This document shows positions 52,801-64,000 of a DNA stretch of 64,000 bases, in pieces (position 1 is the first letter of the stretch; the number at the start of each line of letters is the position of its first letter). Where the stretch lies: assembly GCA_036172245.1 (NCBI GenBank), contig JAYWIR010000007.1, positions 3,038,001 through 3,102,000 on the forward strand, written 5' to 3'. Under the pieces are notes generated by a model that saw only the letters and a program-made list of their open reading frames with translations, had not been told where the DNA came from and did not search any database. This DNA is from Raillietiella orientalis (Eukaryota). The translations under genes and the position numbers were made by a program.

Positions 52801-55800
52801 GGAATCAGATTACAAAGCCAACATCTCAGCATCGAGACGGTGCTGCTCAATTTTTTACTCTGTTAGCAGATTGGATGAGGGAGTTGCTTTGAAAGGGATG
52901 TCGAAAATCAATAACCAATGATCTTTGTCTCCTCGGTTACCGAAGTACGTAATTCATGACAAAATTTTGCTGCTTTCTAAAAGAGTGGATTCGTGTGCTA
53001 ATGGAGTACGATGGCAGGCATTTATTTTTATTCCCCTGAAGGAGGCAAGAGTGTTGATTTTGTTTGTTTGAGGCATCCTGCTTGAAAATTCACTCTGTGA
53101 TTCATCTCAGTAAAAAAAATATATATGTATCCGTCAGTCTCCTTAGAGTCGGCACTTGGATGTGCTTCTGCCTATTGTTTATTTAACACATGCTCTCTGT
53201 ACACAACCTCAGTCCCTTAAACTCTGATCGACTCTTCATTTAGCGCGTCTCGGCTCTCCCCATTGACACTGACACAGAATGAGCTCATCTTCCGAAGATT
53301 GTGAGTAATCTTTCCAAACAATCACTTCTCTGATTAAACCGAGCATCCAGGAGGACTATAGTGAAACTATGCGCATGGATTTGTCCTTCGATTTATCTAC
53401 CACCTGTTTATTTGAATTTCGCTGCTGTGATTTTTGGTTCTCTGCATTTTCGGTTTCATCTCAGAACTTTGGAAGAAAAATGCCTTTAGAGAGGTGTTTA
53501 CGGAATAAAAATAGCGCTCCGCTCGGAAAAAATTTCTCCGAGTCCTTCTTTGATGAGCGCCATGGATTGAAGAGGAACCCTGAGAGAAGACATTCTCAGA
53601 AAACTCAAGAGCTCTGACTATTAATGATCTCTGGAACTTGGATTTTCCAGGGATGGATCTGCTACATGGAAGGAAAAAAAAGTCCTCATTGAACCCCCTC
53701 AATGTGAAGTTTCATTGAAGTCAATGAATCATCGGGATGCACAAGTTTTCTTGAGGACTTGGGGAATTCAGCTTAAGCAAAGCATGTCTTTGGGTGTGCC
53801 GCAGAAGGTTCTAAAAGCAAAAAAAAATCTATTGGAACAGTCAGATGGGAGATACAAATGGCAGAAAAAATTACCATTGGCTGATTGGTTTGATTTTTTT
53901 GATTTTTAACGCAGATTCTTGGCCTTGAAAATTTTCTTTCTTGAGTCATGCAGTGTTACAGAATCCTTTTTCCCTTCAAAGAAATTCACAGTTGATGCCG
54001 TTGTGATGATTTCCCCAAGAGGATGCATGTAACATATGTAATGGGCTGATCGTGACCAGGAAAATGGAAATATATAGCAATGCTCACAATGTAAACATGG
54101 GAAAAACTATAGGTACTCACATGATAGGCTCGAAAGAATCAGATATCCGACATAAGAAAAAGAGATACTAAATGCCAGTGTACTTGAGAAATTTTCGAAA
54201 GGCTCATGTTTTGTTTTACGAACTGATTTTAGAGACAGTGCTCCATGGACTAGACACGTGTTCACAGCTCCGGAATATACATTCTGTTGCTCTGGAGCAG
54301 TCTCTTGTGAATAAAAAAAAAAAAAGAAGAAAAACTGCTCCTCAGCAAGAAAGGACTGTAAATCAATAGATATTCACAGATAGGGCAAATTATTCCAGCG
54401 TTTACAGAAGCTGCTTAGGTTATCTGGAATCATTCTTATGAGAAATTATTGACCTCACTGCTTGATCTGAAAGAATTGCTAAGTGTAGAGCCAATTGGTT
54501 TTCCGTAGCTCAAAGATTTCTCAATGGAACTGCTCTACTCGTGACATCATTCTCTATGTAGCATGCTTATGGAATCCCTCCCCATGACAAGTTCAAGCAA
54601 AATAGAAATTTCTAAGGTGATTTTTTTCTTCTGAGTAGTCACATCATCTGAGTGGCTATTTTGTTCGAGACGGTGTTCACAAACACCTTTGAAATAGATG
54701 CTTGAGAATCGAAGTACCGAGTTGGAATTGAAAGTTTTGTAAACGATTGATGGCATCATACAATTACTAACGGTGCTGCAAACAAAAATTTCAATTTGAA
54801 GACAAAAATATGCTGCCAATCGGTCCCCTAAATATATGGGAGATCGAAGCTACTCCGAAATTCTACCTAAATTTCGCCATATATTCGTCATCGTGCTCAA
54901 GAATGTGATTTTCTGAGATATATCAAATTTGTTCTTGTGCCCTTCTTTTTAAATTTTTCTCGATGTGTCAATTTAGAAATCAAGTGTACGGAAATGAGAC
55001 GAAAAAAATTCATGGAAAAAAAATAGCATGGAAATTCAAAGGAGAGTACGAAATTTCAAGGAGTCACAATGTTAACTTGAGGAAATCAATGAAACCGATA
55101 AATGAAGCGTGGGATAGCATTTTATACAGTCTAAATAAGGTAATAGAATATTACTCATTATCAAAGTTGATTCGTAATTTTATCTGAAAAGCCAAAAAAT
55201 ATTAAGAGCATTTCTTGAATTCTTTTTATGAAGCATCTGAAAGACTCCAATAGAGTAACAGTATATGGACACAATATGTAAACTAAAAGGTCAAAATGTG
55301 TCCTGCAAGTAAGGATGCTCTGAAATTTAACGTCGATCGGTGATTTTATGGACCGCAATCTCGAATTTCAAGTTAACTTTGCAAAAAGAAGAAACAAAGA
55401 AGTATTACTTTTTGGGAGAGAAAATTTCTGAACGGGAAATTTGATGCCAGTGTGGGAATTGTAGCAACTGAATTCATGTCTCCAGGAAATAATTCTAGCG
55501 TCATGTGACGTAAGTTGCACAGCAGTGAATAAATAATAAAGTCCGACCAGAAAACAAAGGAAAAAGTCTATTTTGTGCAAATCAAAATCTCAGTCCTGGA
55601 AAGTACGAAAGCAATGTTAGCAACACGTATAGTGGTGGAAAATGCTGAGACTACTAGGCAGCATTTGCTTTTCAGAAGTGGATTTTTACATCTACATCTC
55701 CTATATTTTGCTTCCAAGATTTTCACATCTTGGAAGCAAAATTTAGAACAGTATTGAATGATTAGAAAAACTGAAAGAAGCCAAAAAAAAATGTCTAGGA

Positions 55801-56487
55801 AAGCAGAGGTGTTCCAAAAGATGCACGAAATACAAATGTACCTAGTGATGAGAATTTCAAATGAATTTTTAGGCTGAGAGCAAACTTTTCATTTTTTGGA
55901 ACAGGGTTTTGATGTCGGCAATCTCCGAAGCAAATTACATGTCGAATGTTACTTACTCATCCAGAGAGGATGTTTGAATGAACCCCTACACCCTCGCTGT
56001 ACGAGTTCCCTGCCCACTTGGATCACAATGACCTTTTCATAGCGCACTCATCAGTGGGGTCAGAAACATTATTTCTGCAGCAACGGTTCTAGCCGCACAC
56101 CGTGGCTAAAGTCGAGGCTTATTTTTTCGAGTTTCAAATGGAACCTGCACTCCTAAAGAGAGAATATGTTTAAATATTTTCTCTTTAGAGAATATTTTAA
56201 AAATATATATTAATATATGAAATAAAATCTCCCAACTCATGAGAACATACAGATGCAATTTCGGTACTTGTCAGCTCCTTTGCGTTTCACAGGATTTGCT
56301 TCCAGTTCTCGAGATTGCAAATCCCATCTCTATAGGACCGCAAGTATCTACTTCTAGTAGATGAAGAGTAGCTCGTAATGTATTTAGGATTCTAATTTAG
56401 ATTACACAAGACATTGATAGATGACGGACTTTCACTAAGGTGCTTCCACCTTAGTGAAAGTCCGTCATTGAGATTCCATAGAATAGA

Positions 56488-56740
56488 TCTGGATCTATTT
56501 TTCGAATAAAACTTACATATTTTTCCTGTCTTTAGGCTCTCACCATTTGCTATCTTTTTCAGCCATCTGTACAAGGTTGCAATTCCTATTTCTAGAAGTT
56601 CTGCTACTTCATATTTTGGCTTCCCTTTTTCCACCAAAGACACAGCTTTCTCTCTTAAGTCTACACTGTATGCCATTACTTACCTCATATTTCATCAATT
56701 CCATATTATACCTTTATCATTTATTTTGGGAAGTACTATA
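56488..56740 (-). mobile_element. Truncated left end of a bacterial IS630-family insertion sequence (transposase HTH N-terminus, frameshifted)
   Basis: MAYSVDLREKAVSLVEKGKPKYEVAELLEIGIATLYRWLKK, then FIRKIDP after a frameshift. The upstream minus strand reads TA|TAGTACTTCCCAAAATAAATG, then TATAAT, then GAGGT shortly before the ATG (56676). Confidence 0.85.
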
Positions 56741-57061
56741 GCTTACAGATGATTGTCCTCTCCTCCATTTCTCTCCTGTTACGAAGATTTCAAACAGGTT
56801 CTAAGGCAGAAGCCAGAGTTTTTCCCTTCTCCGCCTAATGCTTAAGCTTAAAACATTAGATGCTTTTTGCAAGATACAAGCCAAAGAAGCCACTGACCGT
56901 GGCTTCTTTTGTGCCAATTGGGGAACTGGAGCAGTTAAGGATCTGAAAAGCAAGAAAATCATGGAAGCGAAGGGAATATTAAATGAAGCACGAGATAACG
57001 TTTCATGTGGATTTCTTCAGAGTGAAGACATTGGGAAATTGAGATCAGTAAAACTCATTGG

Positions 57062-57666
57062 CTTTATTCTGAAATGTTTTCTTCTCTCGAATCACCATTC
57101 CAAAGGGTCACACGTTTGCAGCTATGCTCATAGTTCTGGACTTTCAATGACACCCAAAACTCATTTGTAATGCATCAACATGGACATTTGCAAAGCTACA
57201 TTGGGTAGGATGAGATCACTGATCACTGATCCCCAGAATGCAGACATTTGGTCTGTCTGCCTTCTGTATTGAGGTGCCCCTTGCTTGATAGGATAATGGT
57301 TTTCATGCGAAATTCGTTCTCGATTCCATGTTACAAATTGAAAAAAGGGCTTATGAAGGAGCACAGGGGACTCATTTTGCCAACACCCGCGCGACCCCAA
57401 GAAACTGACGATTTTCCTATGAGGCCCATCATGTATAATTGTAAGCGTTTTGGTCGTGGATCTGTGAACGTCTTCGTTTTGCTTCCTACTCTCCAAAGTT
57501 CCGCATCAACAACCACAAAATGTCCCTTTATTCAGAAATGTTTTCTTCTCTCAAATCGCCATTCCAATACGCCAGTCACACGTGTGTGGCTATGCACATA
57601 GTTCCGAACCTTCAATTACATCCAAAGTTTATCAGTAATGAATTAGCACGCTGGACATTTGCCAAG
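57062..57666. repeat. Diverged ~135-bp direct repeat pair (57062-57195 and 57526-57666)
   Basis: ctttattc-gaaatgttttcttctctc-aatc-ccattccaa...gtcacacgt...gctatgc-catagttc...tggacatttgc occurs twice. Confidence 0.85.
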
Positions 57667-60600
57667 GTGCCCCGGCTAAGCAGAGTAAATATCTGCCCTG
57701 AAAGCAAAAAAAGAGTAGAGTTGTCTGGAAGCAGCCATGAAATAAAAACGATCATTGTGCTAAGCAGTCGTACGTCGGATGGTTTTTAAGTGAGCCCTGC
57801 AGTCCATCTTCCTGAGTGATTCCATTTGACCTTAGAAATCCACTGAACTCATCCAAATGAACGTTAAGATTGCAGTGATGGTATTTGGATAACAGTGAGA
57901 GGGAGACATCAGCGAGCCCTGGTCATTGCGAAAAAGACATAGGAATAATGGCGAATAACGATAATGGAAAATTGCATTCTGATGGAATTGTTCTTCAGTC
58001 AAAAGTAAAAACATCATAATGGAAAACCGAAATTCATGGAAAATTTTGTTAATTACATCGTTAACAAGAAAAATAAGAATGTAAACACTTGAAAGGAGCA
58101 ATTTTCATCATCTCTATGATCTGTCTCTCCTGTTCTCCTGTGTCTCTCTTGTTCTCGCGATGCGCTCGGAACTCGAAATTTTTTTTAATGAATCAGTTAA
58201 AAATTTTGACGAGCTTTCGATGTTCAGTTGCGATATTGCAACACACTGATTCGATCATCAGTTTATAAGTTCATTATTTTGATGTCCCCTTAATGTACAT
58301 TGAAGTCATGTACTCTTCCTGTTAGCTGATGATTACGGGGATGCTTATGGGTTAGATTTTTGCTTCATTATTCCAAAGTACTTTATTAACGATTCTTAAA
58401 ATTCTTCTGCAGGATCTTACAGTCGTGAATTATGAAAGAGTCCTGCTTTTGTATGCGGACTGGCGAAGATCACAAATGCTGTTATCTCTTTGTTCATTCG
58501 ATTCTCGGTTAATCGTTTCTGATAATCTGAAGATATGATTTCATTCAGACATGCACTTTATGCTCTGAAGCTGTTCGACAAACGGTGAGCTCCAGTGAAG
58601 AAAATCCATCTCTAGATGCCACCATGTGAATCAGAGGAAATAAAAGTGAATAGCAAAAGATAAAGCATCATTTGTTGCAACTCGAAAGAATCTTTGTTGC
58701 AGTGCAATTCCACGCTTTGCAATCTTATGAGATGCTTCTTCTTAAAAGAAGAAATGGAAGAGGAATTTCGTTTCTGAGAATTGGTAATTCTCAGAACTAC
58801 TAAATTGCTTTTCATATTTCCCAGCTCCATTTAATTGCTCTCATGTAAGTAACTAAAGCCCCCCCCCCCCCAAAAAAGAAAGCAAACCAACAAATTCTGT
58901 CTTAATTATTACGGTAACATAGGTAAAGGCAAAGACCACATTTGGTTCTTATACCATCAGCACAACATGGAGACTCTGGGACGATATTTAAAACAATTGC
59001 AATTTAGCAGGGAAAAAGCATAACTAAATAAAACAAAAAAACGGAAGACACAACACGCGTTATTTTCTTGTTGAAAATTCAAGCTGGAATCAACGATTGC
59101 AAATCGTGCCTTGTACATAGGAAATGTGTACATAGAATTATTATGTTTCCTTCAGTGCACAAGGTAGAAAATGGTTAAAAGTTGGAATGGGTTCTTGAAC
59201 CCATCCCAACGCAGACTCTGGGACAATCTAAGGCAAAATGAAACATTTTAAATGGGAAAAATATCAGTTGGTAGCAGAATTATTCCAGAAAAGTGGAAAT
59301 GTGATTTGTGAGACTCATATTGGAAGCAAAGATACCGATGCAGGAGGAATGTGCAATGCTGCAAAGCATCCACACAAGATTATGAAGAGGAGCTTTTGCG
59401 AAGAGTCGAGGGGAGAAAAAGAAGTGTCTGTGAATCATTCAATAATTAGCATATCTGTGAATATGCTAATTATTGAATATTACGGTTCATACGTGTCCCT
59501 AAAAGGGTCTGTTTTTGGAATATCAGGTGCGAAAGTTTTGGTGAGAACAGAAATGGAAGTTTGTCAAGTTGAAGCACTTCGATTAAACGGAAAAGGAAAA
59601 CCCCGAGATGAAATCCATCTTGCTATTTGAAACTAACAAGGACCCAATCTACTTTCAAGCTGTTTGGCTTTCTGCTTTAATTCTGAAAGTATACGGTTTT
59701 TCCATAATTCCAATATCTGTTTTCTGATTGCCGTTCGCTTAAAATTGAGGTTCATAGTCCTTGGTTATACGAAAACAGGTCTCGTAGTTTTATTACTATT
59801 CAGGCATTAGGATTTCTCATATTCATGGAACCAATTATTCTCGCCGCCATTGCATTGAATTTTGCCTCTGCAATGTTTCTATTGCAATGAGGATTGCTTT
59901 ACTTTCATAAATTTATTGAATGATTTATTCCAATTATGGCAAGAAATCTTACTGCAGCCAATAGTTGCTGCTGACTCAGTGGTATAAAAAGTTCTTTCTT
60001 TTCATCTGTTTAAAAAATGCTCATGTTTCAAATTCTGTTGCGGAAGATTCGTGATAAACGGTTTTCAAGCTCATTAGATTAGGGTTCCAAATTTGGAAAG
60101 TGATCATCTCCTTTGTCTACATCTTAGGAGAAAATGTTGAACAGTGAAGTCATGGTTGTATTTATCCACATTTCGTACATATACGTTTTCTAAATTTATA
60201 CGTACATGTACATCTTTCTGTATTTTTTTTTTTTAAATCTCATACTCTTTAATGTTTGTTTGTAGAATGAAGGAAATTCAACGAAACATCAAGTTTATCA
60301 AAAAGTTTTGTAATCTCTGTGCTTTCCGCTTAATCAGAAAGTTTCCGCAGCTTCCGTGTTCCTGATCCGATGAAGTGATATCAAGGCCGCTTTGCGAAGC
60401 ATCTGTCTTCTGAAGGACATTCCGTTTTCGTTTGAAACGGTGAGATTTGAACACAGCAAGTCTGCGTCCGTTCACACTTTCACATTTGCCTTTCAATACG
60501 CACACGGAGATTCTGGTTCACCGATCAAGAGTTCATCTACCTGCGAAAATTCAACAGGAGAATTTACAGGTCCTTCATTTGCTCTTCTCACTAGTTCTCG

Positions 60601-61973
60601 GAGTTGTCTCTTGGAACGAGGTCCATGAGCAAGAATATAATACATTGCCAGATCTCCGACAGAAAACTTCCTCGATATCTCGTGCGGAAGTGGGTCTTCA
60701 TTCGAGCATCCGACGAAATCTCACTTCAATTTTTTGCGGTTTCCTCGTGCTTACACCAACATCTCGACTAAGCGATAGATTCAACCCTTTCCCACTGTCA
60801 CGTCAACCGCCGCTGAAGTTCCTATTGAAGTTCTCACCCATCATTTGCAGCCAACTACCGTTGCCATGAAGACCTTTTGTTCAGTCCCAAGCAGCCTCAC
60901 TATGAGCACTCGGAATCCAAATATGTTCTCCCCAAATATTCAGATCAAGCCGGTCCTCGTTTGCTTCAGATCATTTCCAGACGTTGTTTGCATCGATCGC
61001 ATGTACACAATATCAAGTGTTCTCAGAATTTACAGATGCGTTCACATCACACTTAGCTTTGTTTTTGTTTCACAGCGCTTAGAAGAAGCCTGAGTTCTCC
61101 CTGGGTCTATGGAGGAAAGTGCTTTGAATATTTAATGCTCGCATCCTATTCCTTTGATCTTTCATATGCACAAACGTAATCTGATTTGTGCGAACTAAGT
61201 TTACATATTATTGCATTATCGGGAATCAGTGCTTCCTTAGAAAAATTGCAGCCCATGCGTCAAAACCCTTACATCAGCTGGATCAGGGATGCCTTTTCAG
61301 TCTCGAAACGTTTCCATGGGCACAAGCCAGGGCTCTCAGAGGTGTTGGGGATGCCGATGGGGAGATGGGGGGCGTTGGCAGTTGGGACAATGATGGGGAG
61401 CAGATCTAAGGAATGTTAGAGCACGTTAGCATGCTCCGCAGACCGAGAAACAACTTGGACCGTTTCCGTATCGTCTCGATTCAATTTTCAAAAATGAATT
61501 CGAAGAATTTTTTTCGAACCGCATGAACAGGAAAGGGAAATCGTTAGTAGACGAAGTTTCCTTCGAAAAAATCCATCCCTTAGGAAAGCTTTTCATTTTG
61601 AATTACTTCATTCTAAATCGGATAAAAATACCAATGAGGCACTGTGATCAGTTGCATTTTTTTTATTTGCGAAATCGCCGAACGTGGTAATAGAAAATAC
61701 TGCAGTAAGACTCTCCGTGCAAAGTTCAAGTGATGTACTCATCCTGAGCATCACGGATGCACTGCATGCTTGTCTTTAGCTTCCCCCGAACAGAATCTCC
61801 GGTGTCCTTTTCAGTGATTACTTGAATTCGTTCGAATCACAGAGTCCTTGGAGATTCCTTCATCTATTCCATTCTATGAAACCTATCCATCCATGAAACT
61901 TCGAGTGCTCGAAATTTCCTCCGATGCTCATATTTTCGACTCATATAATAAACTGTGCCAAAAAATATTTTAG

Positions 61974-62128
61974 GTTGTGAAAATGCTGGTGGTGGTGGTA
62001 GCTATATTTGCCGGACTGTGGCTTCCGTATCGTGGAATGTTGGTTTACAACAGCATCGCAAAAGAAGAACACAAATTTCTGGACTTATGGTTTCTCATGT
62101 TTGCTAAAACATGCGTGTACATTAACAG
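61974..62128 (+). CDS. TRHR: TRH/EFLamide-type GPCR, exon encoding TM6-TM7 (absent from the ORF track)
   Basis: VVKMLVVVVAIFAGLWLPYRGMLVYNSIAKEEHKFLDLWFLMFAKTCVYIN(S); tttag acceptor and ag|gtaac donor (155 nt, phase 2). The last exon (AINP..Y) was not found, so it probably lies beyond 64000. Confidence 0.92.
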
Positions 62129-63987
62129 GTAACAAGTCTAATCTTTAAGAGTTACCTAATAAGCAGTCAAATCTATGAGCTGTTCTTGTATTAATGACTG
62201 TAGATTAAACGTCAGATTTCCAAGGTGAAAAGTGTACTTTTGCCTTTTTTTTTTTTTTTTCAAATTTGAAGATGCCTCCACATAAGTGCAGTTTCACTGA
62301 TGCAAATATCGGACGTCTGCTGATAAGAGCATTAAGTAGATGAAACCAAGAATGTTCTGTGTACATTCCAGTTGCATACAAAAGGAAAGCTAGAATAGTA
62401 AGAATGGAATTGAAGTCTAGGGCAGATAGTGTTTTCAAGTATAAAAAACCATATTTGCTCTGCGCACACACAGCATTATCTGTTCCACTTTGATGGAAAT
62501 GTAAATTTATAGTTCGCTTGTCGTGAAGTTGCATAAATGAAAGTTCTTTGGCTGCAATTCTTTATTGGGTTGATGGCCTTCATATTGAAACTCATTTCTG
62601 TGCACTGGGAAAATTACTTCATATTATTCCGATTATTAACGATATCATACCTATGTCACTCATGGGAACAGTGGTTTGTACTAAATTCCCTTAACCTGGC
62701 AGAAGATTAAAAGTTATCTATTTGCTTATTAAGACTTTGTTTACTATCTTGGTTGTGATTAGGTAAATGATTTATAAAACTCCATAGGCCATGGAGCTTT
62801 TTGCTTGTTCAGCTACAATTGATGTACTTCGCTGATGCTCGCTCATCCTTCTTGAATTTTCTCCTTTCTACTTTATGATGCTGAGAGTTCTGAGAACTTT
62901 TGTTCACAATTGAGATCTGCTTTAAGAATCAAAGTTATTGTGATGTAGAGAGGAAATGCCGAAATCTGAGTCAATAGCAGACCTCATGCATCATTATGGC
63001 TATGGATTTTCGTGCAAGAAGCATGTTGCTATCCATTTGGGAATTTAAAGATCAATATTGAGAATGGATCCAGGTTTAGTAGCGTTTGTGATGAGCAATT
63101 AGTGAAATCCCTACATGCTTCACATACATGTATTCATTTTTTTCTTGTTCACTGATGCTTGCAGATTCAAGATCATCCCAGTGAATAGATCAATCCTATG
63201 AGGGACATGAATCAATAATGATGACTGGATAAAAGGCTTTGCCTTTCACGTTGAAAATTCAATGTGGAAACTGTTTATGAAGGCATGCCAGGACTCGTGA
63301 GAAATAAATGAGCAAGGATGCAGTTCTGGAAGAACAACAGTACAGGATGGTTTGTTGGCAAAAGAACACGCCAGTAATTTCGTGACTGAACGATGGGCCA
63401 CTAAGATTTCTTCCACGAGTCCCTAATCACTACCGATTCTAATCAAAACCACTGGGAGTAAAAATCCAATACGATAACGTAAACTGAAGGATTCAGTTCT
63501 GGAAAATTAACATTGCAGGATGATAGTCAGCCTGAGTATCATTTTGATCACCTGATCCCGCCATTTCATCATTTTCTTCTTGAATACGAAGAACGAAAGC
63601 TTCACATAGCAATAGTTTACTTTCTTGAAATCCCTTTCTTCGTATTTGGATATTTCAAGAAACAAAACTAAGAAGGTACAAAGAGCGCACAGTTGCCAGT
63701 ATCACAGTAGAAAAAAAAAAAACGCAAAAACGGGATCAGCACAAGACCACGAAACATGCAAACTTTCCATACCTCGAGGAAACTGACATTTGGTTTTCTC
63801 CTGTAACGTCCCTCTTACGAGGCAGCTCCAGCAAGCAATGGAATTCATCAAACGGTTGAAAGTTTTGAAGCAGCCCGTGCAGGACACACAGAGAAAGAAT
63901 TCTCTGTTGCCATGAGGCAAAACTGGAAAACTGCAGAGAAGTGTCTCTCTGCCGACTCCTCGAACCGAATTTCTCAGCTCTCCCATC

Positions 63988-64000
63988 AGAGAGAGAGAGA
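63988..64000. repeat. (AG)n microsatellite at the window edge
   Basis: agagagagagaga. Confidence 0.8.

Larger units (their letters stand above)
49821..61973 (+). other. 12.15-kb phase-0 intron of the TRH-type receptor gene
   Basis: gtaagt...attttag; splicing gives in-frame PKIQ|VVKML, matching RKQVTKML of vertebrate TRH receptors. Confidence 0.88.

Noticed and set aside
60278..61100. Slightly coding-like intronic patch
   Set aside because: Multiple stops, no motif, and no match to families A-H that I could see.
63185..63205. atc aat cct (INP) as the start of the last receptor exon
   Set aside because: The phase-2 junction needs (S)AINP with a following Y; the Ala codon and NPxxY are missing.
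1..64000. CRISPR arrays, rRNA or tRNA genes, prokaryotic operons
   Set aside because: None seen; spliceosomal introns and a GPCR show the window is eukaryotic.

Overview
Eukaryotic, probably arthropod-type genomic DNA in two very different halves. (1) Positions ~1-36,400 are visibly GC-richer and densely packed with about 30 decayed, apparently intron-poor gene copies full of stops and frameshifts. By manual cross-comparison they fall into six recurring families, here named A, B, C, D, G and H, which I cannot assign to any known protein. Distant copies share short peptide motifs (DGRFPLR, KVLHTL, PGHCS, SIHAT, RWLHL, AASLAA, FTTG, EEWE) whose codons differ almost only at synonymous third positions. 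The genes therefore diverged under protein-level selection and later died. Gene order and orientation are shuffled, except that C is always followed by B. My best inference is a graveyard of repeatedly integrated, unclassified virus-like or mobile elements. (2) Positions ~36,500-64,000 are AT-rich host DNA. They carry two coding exons (49038-49820 and 61974-62128) of a thyrotropin-releasing-hormone (TRH/EFLamide)-type GPCR. Its 12-kb intron holds the truncated left end of a bacterial IS630-family insertion sequence with an intact -10 box and Shine-Dalgarno site, a probable endosymbiont-to-host transfer. Pseudogene boundaries are approximate (about +/-100 bp), all alignments were made by eye, and no database searches were run.
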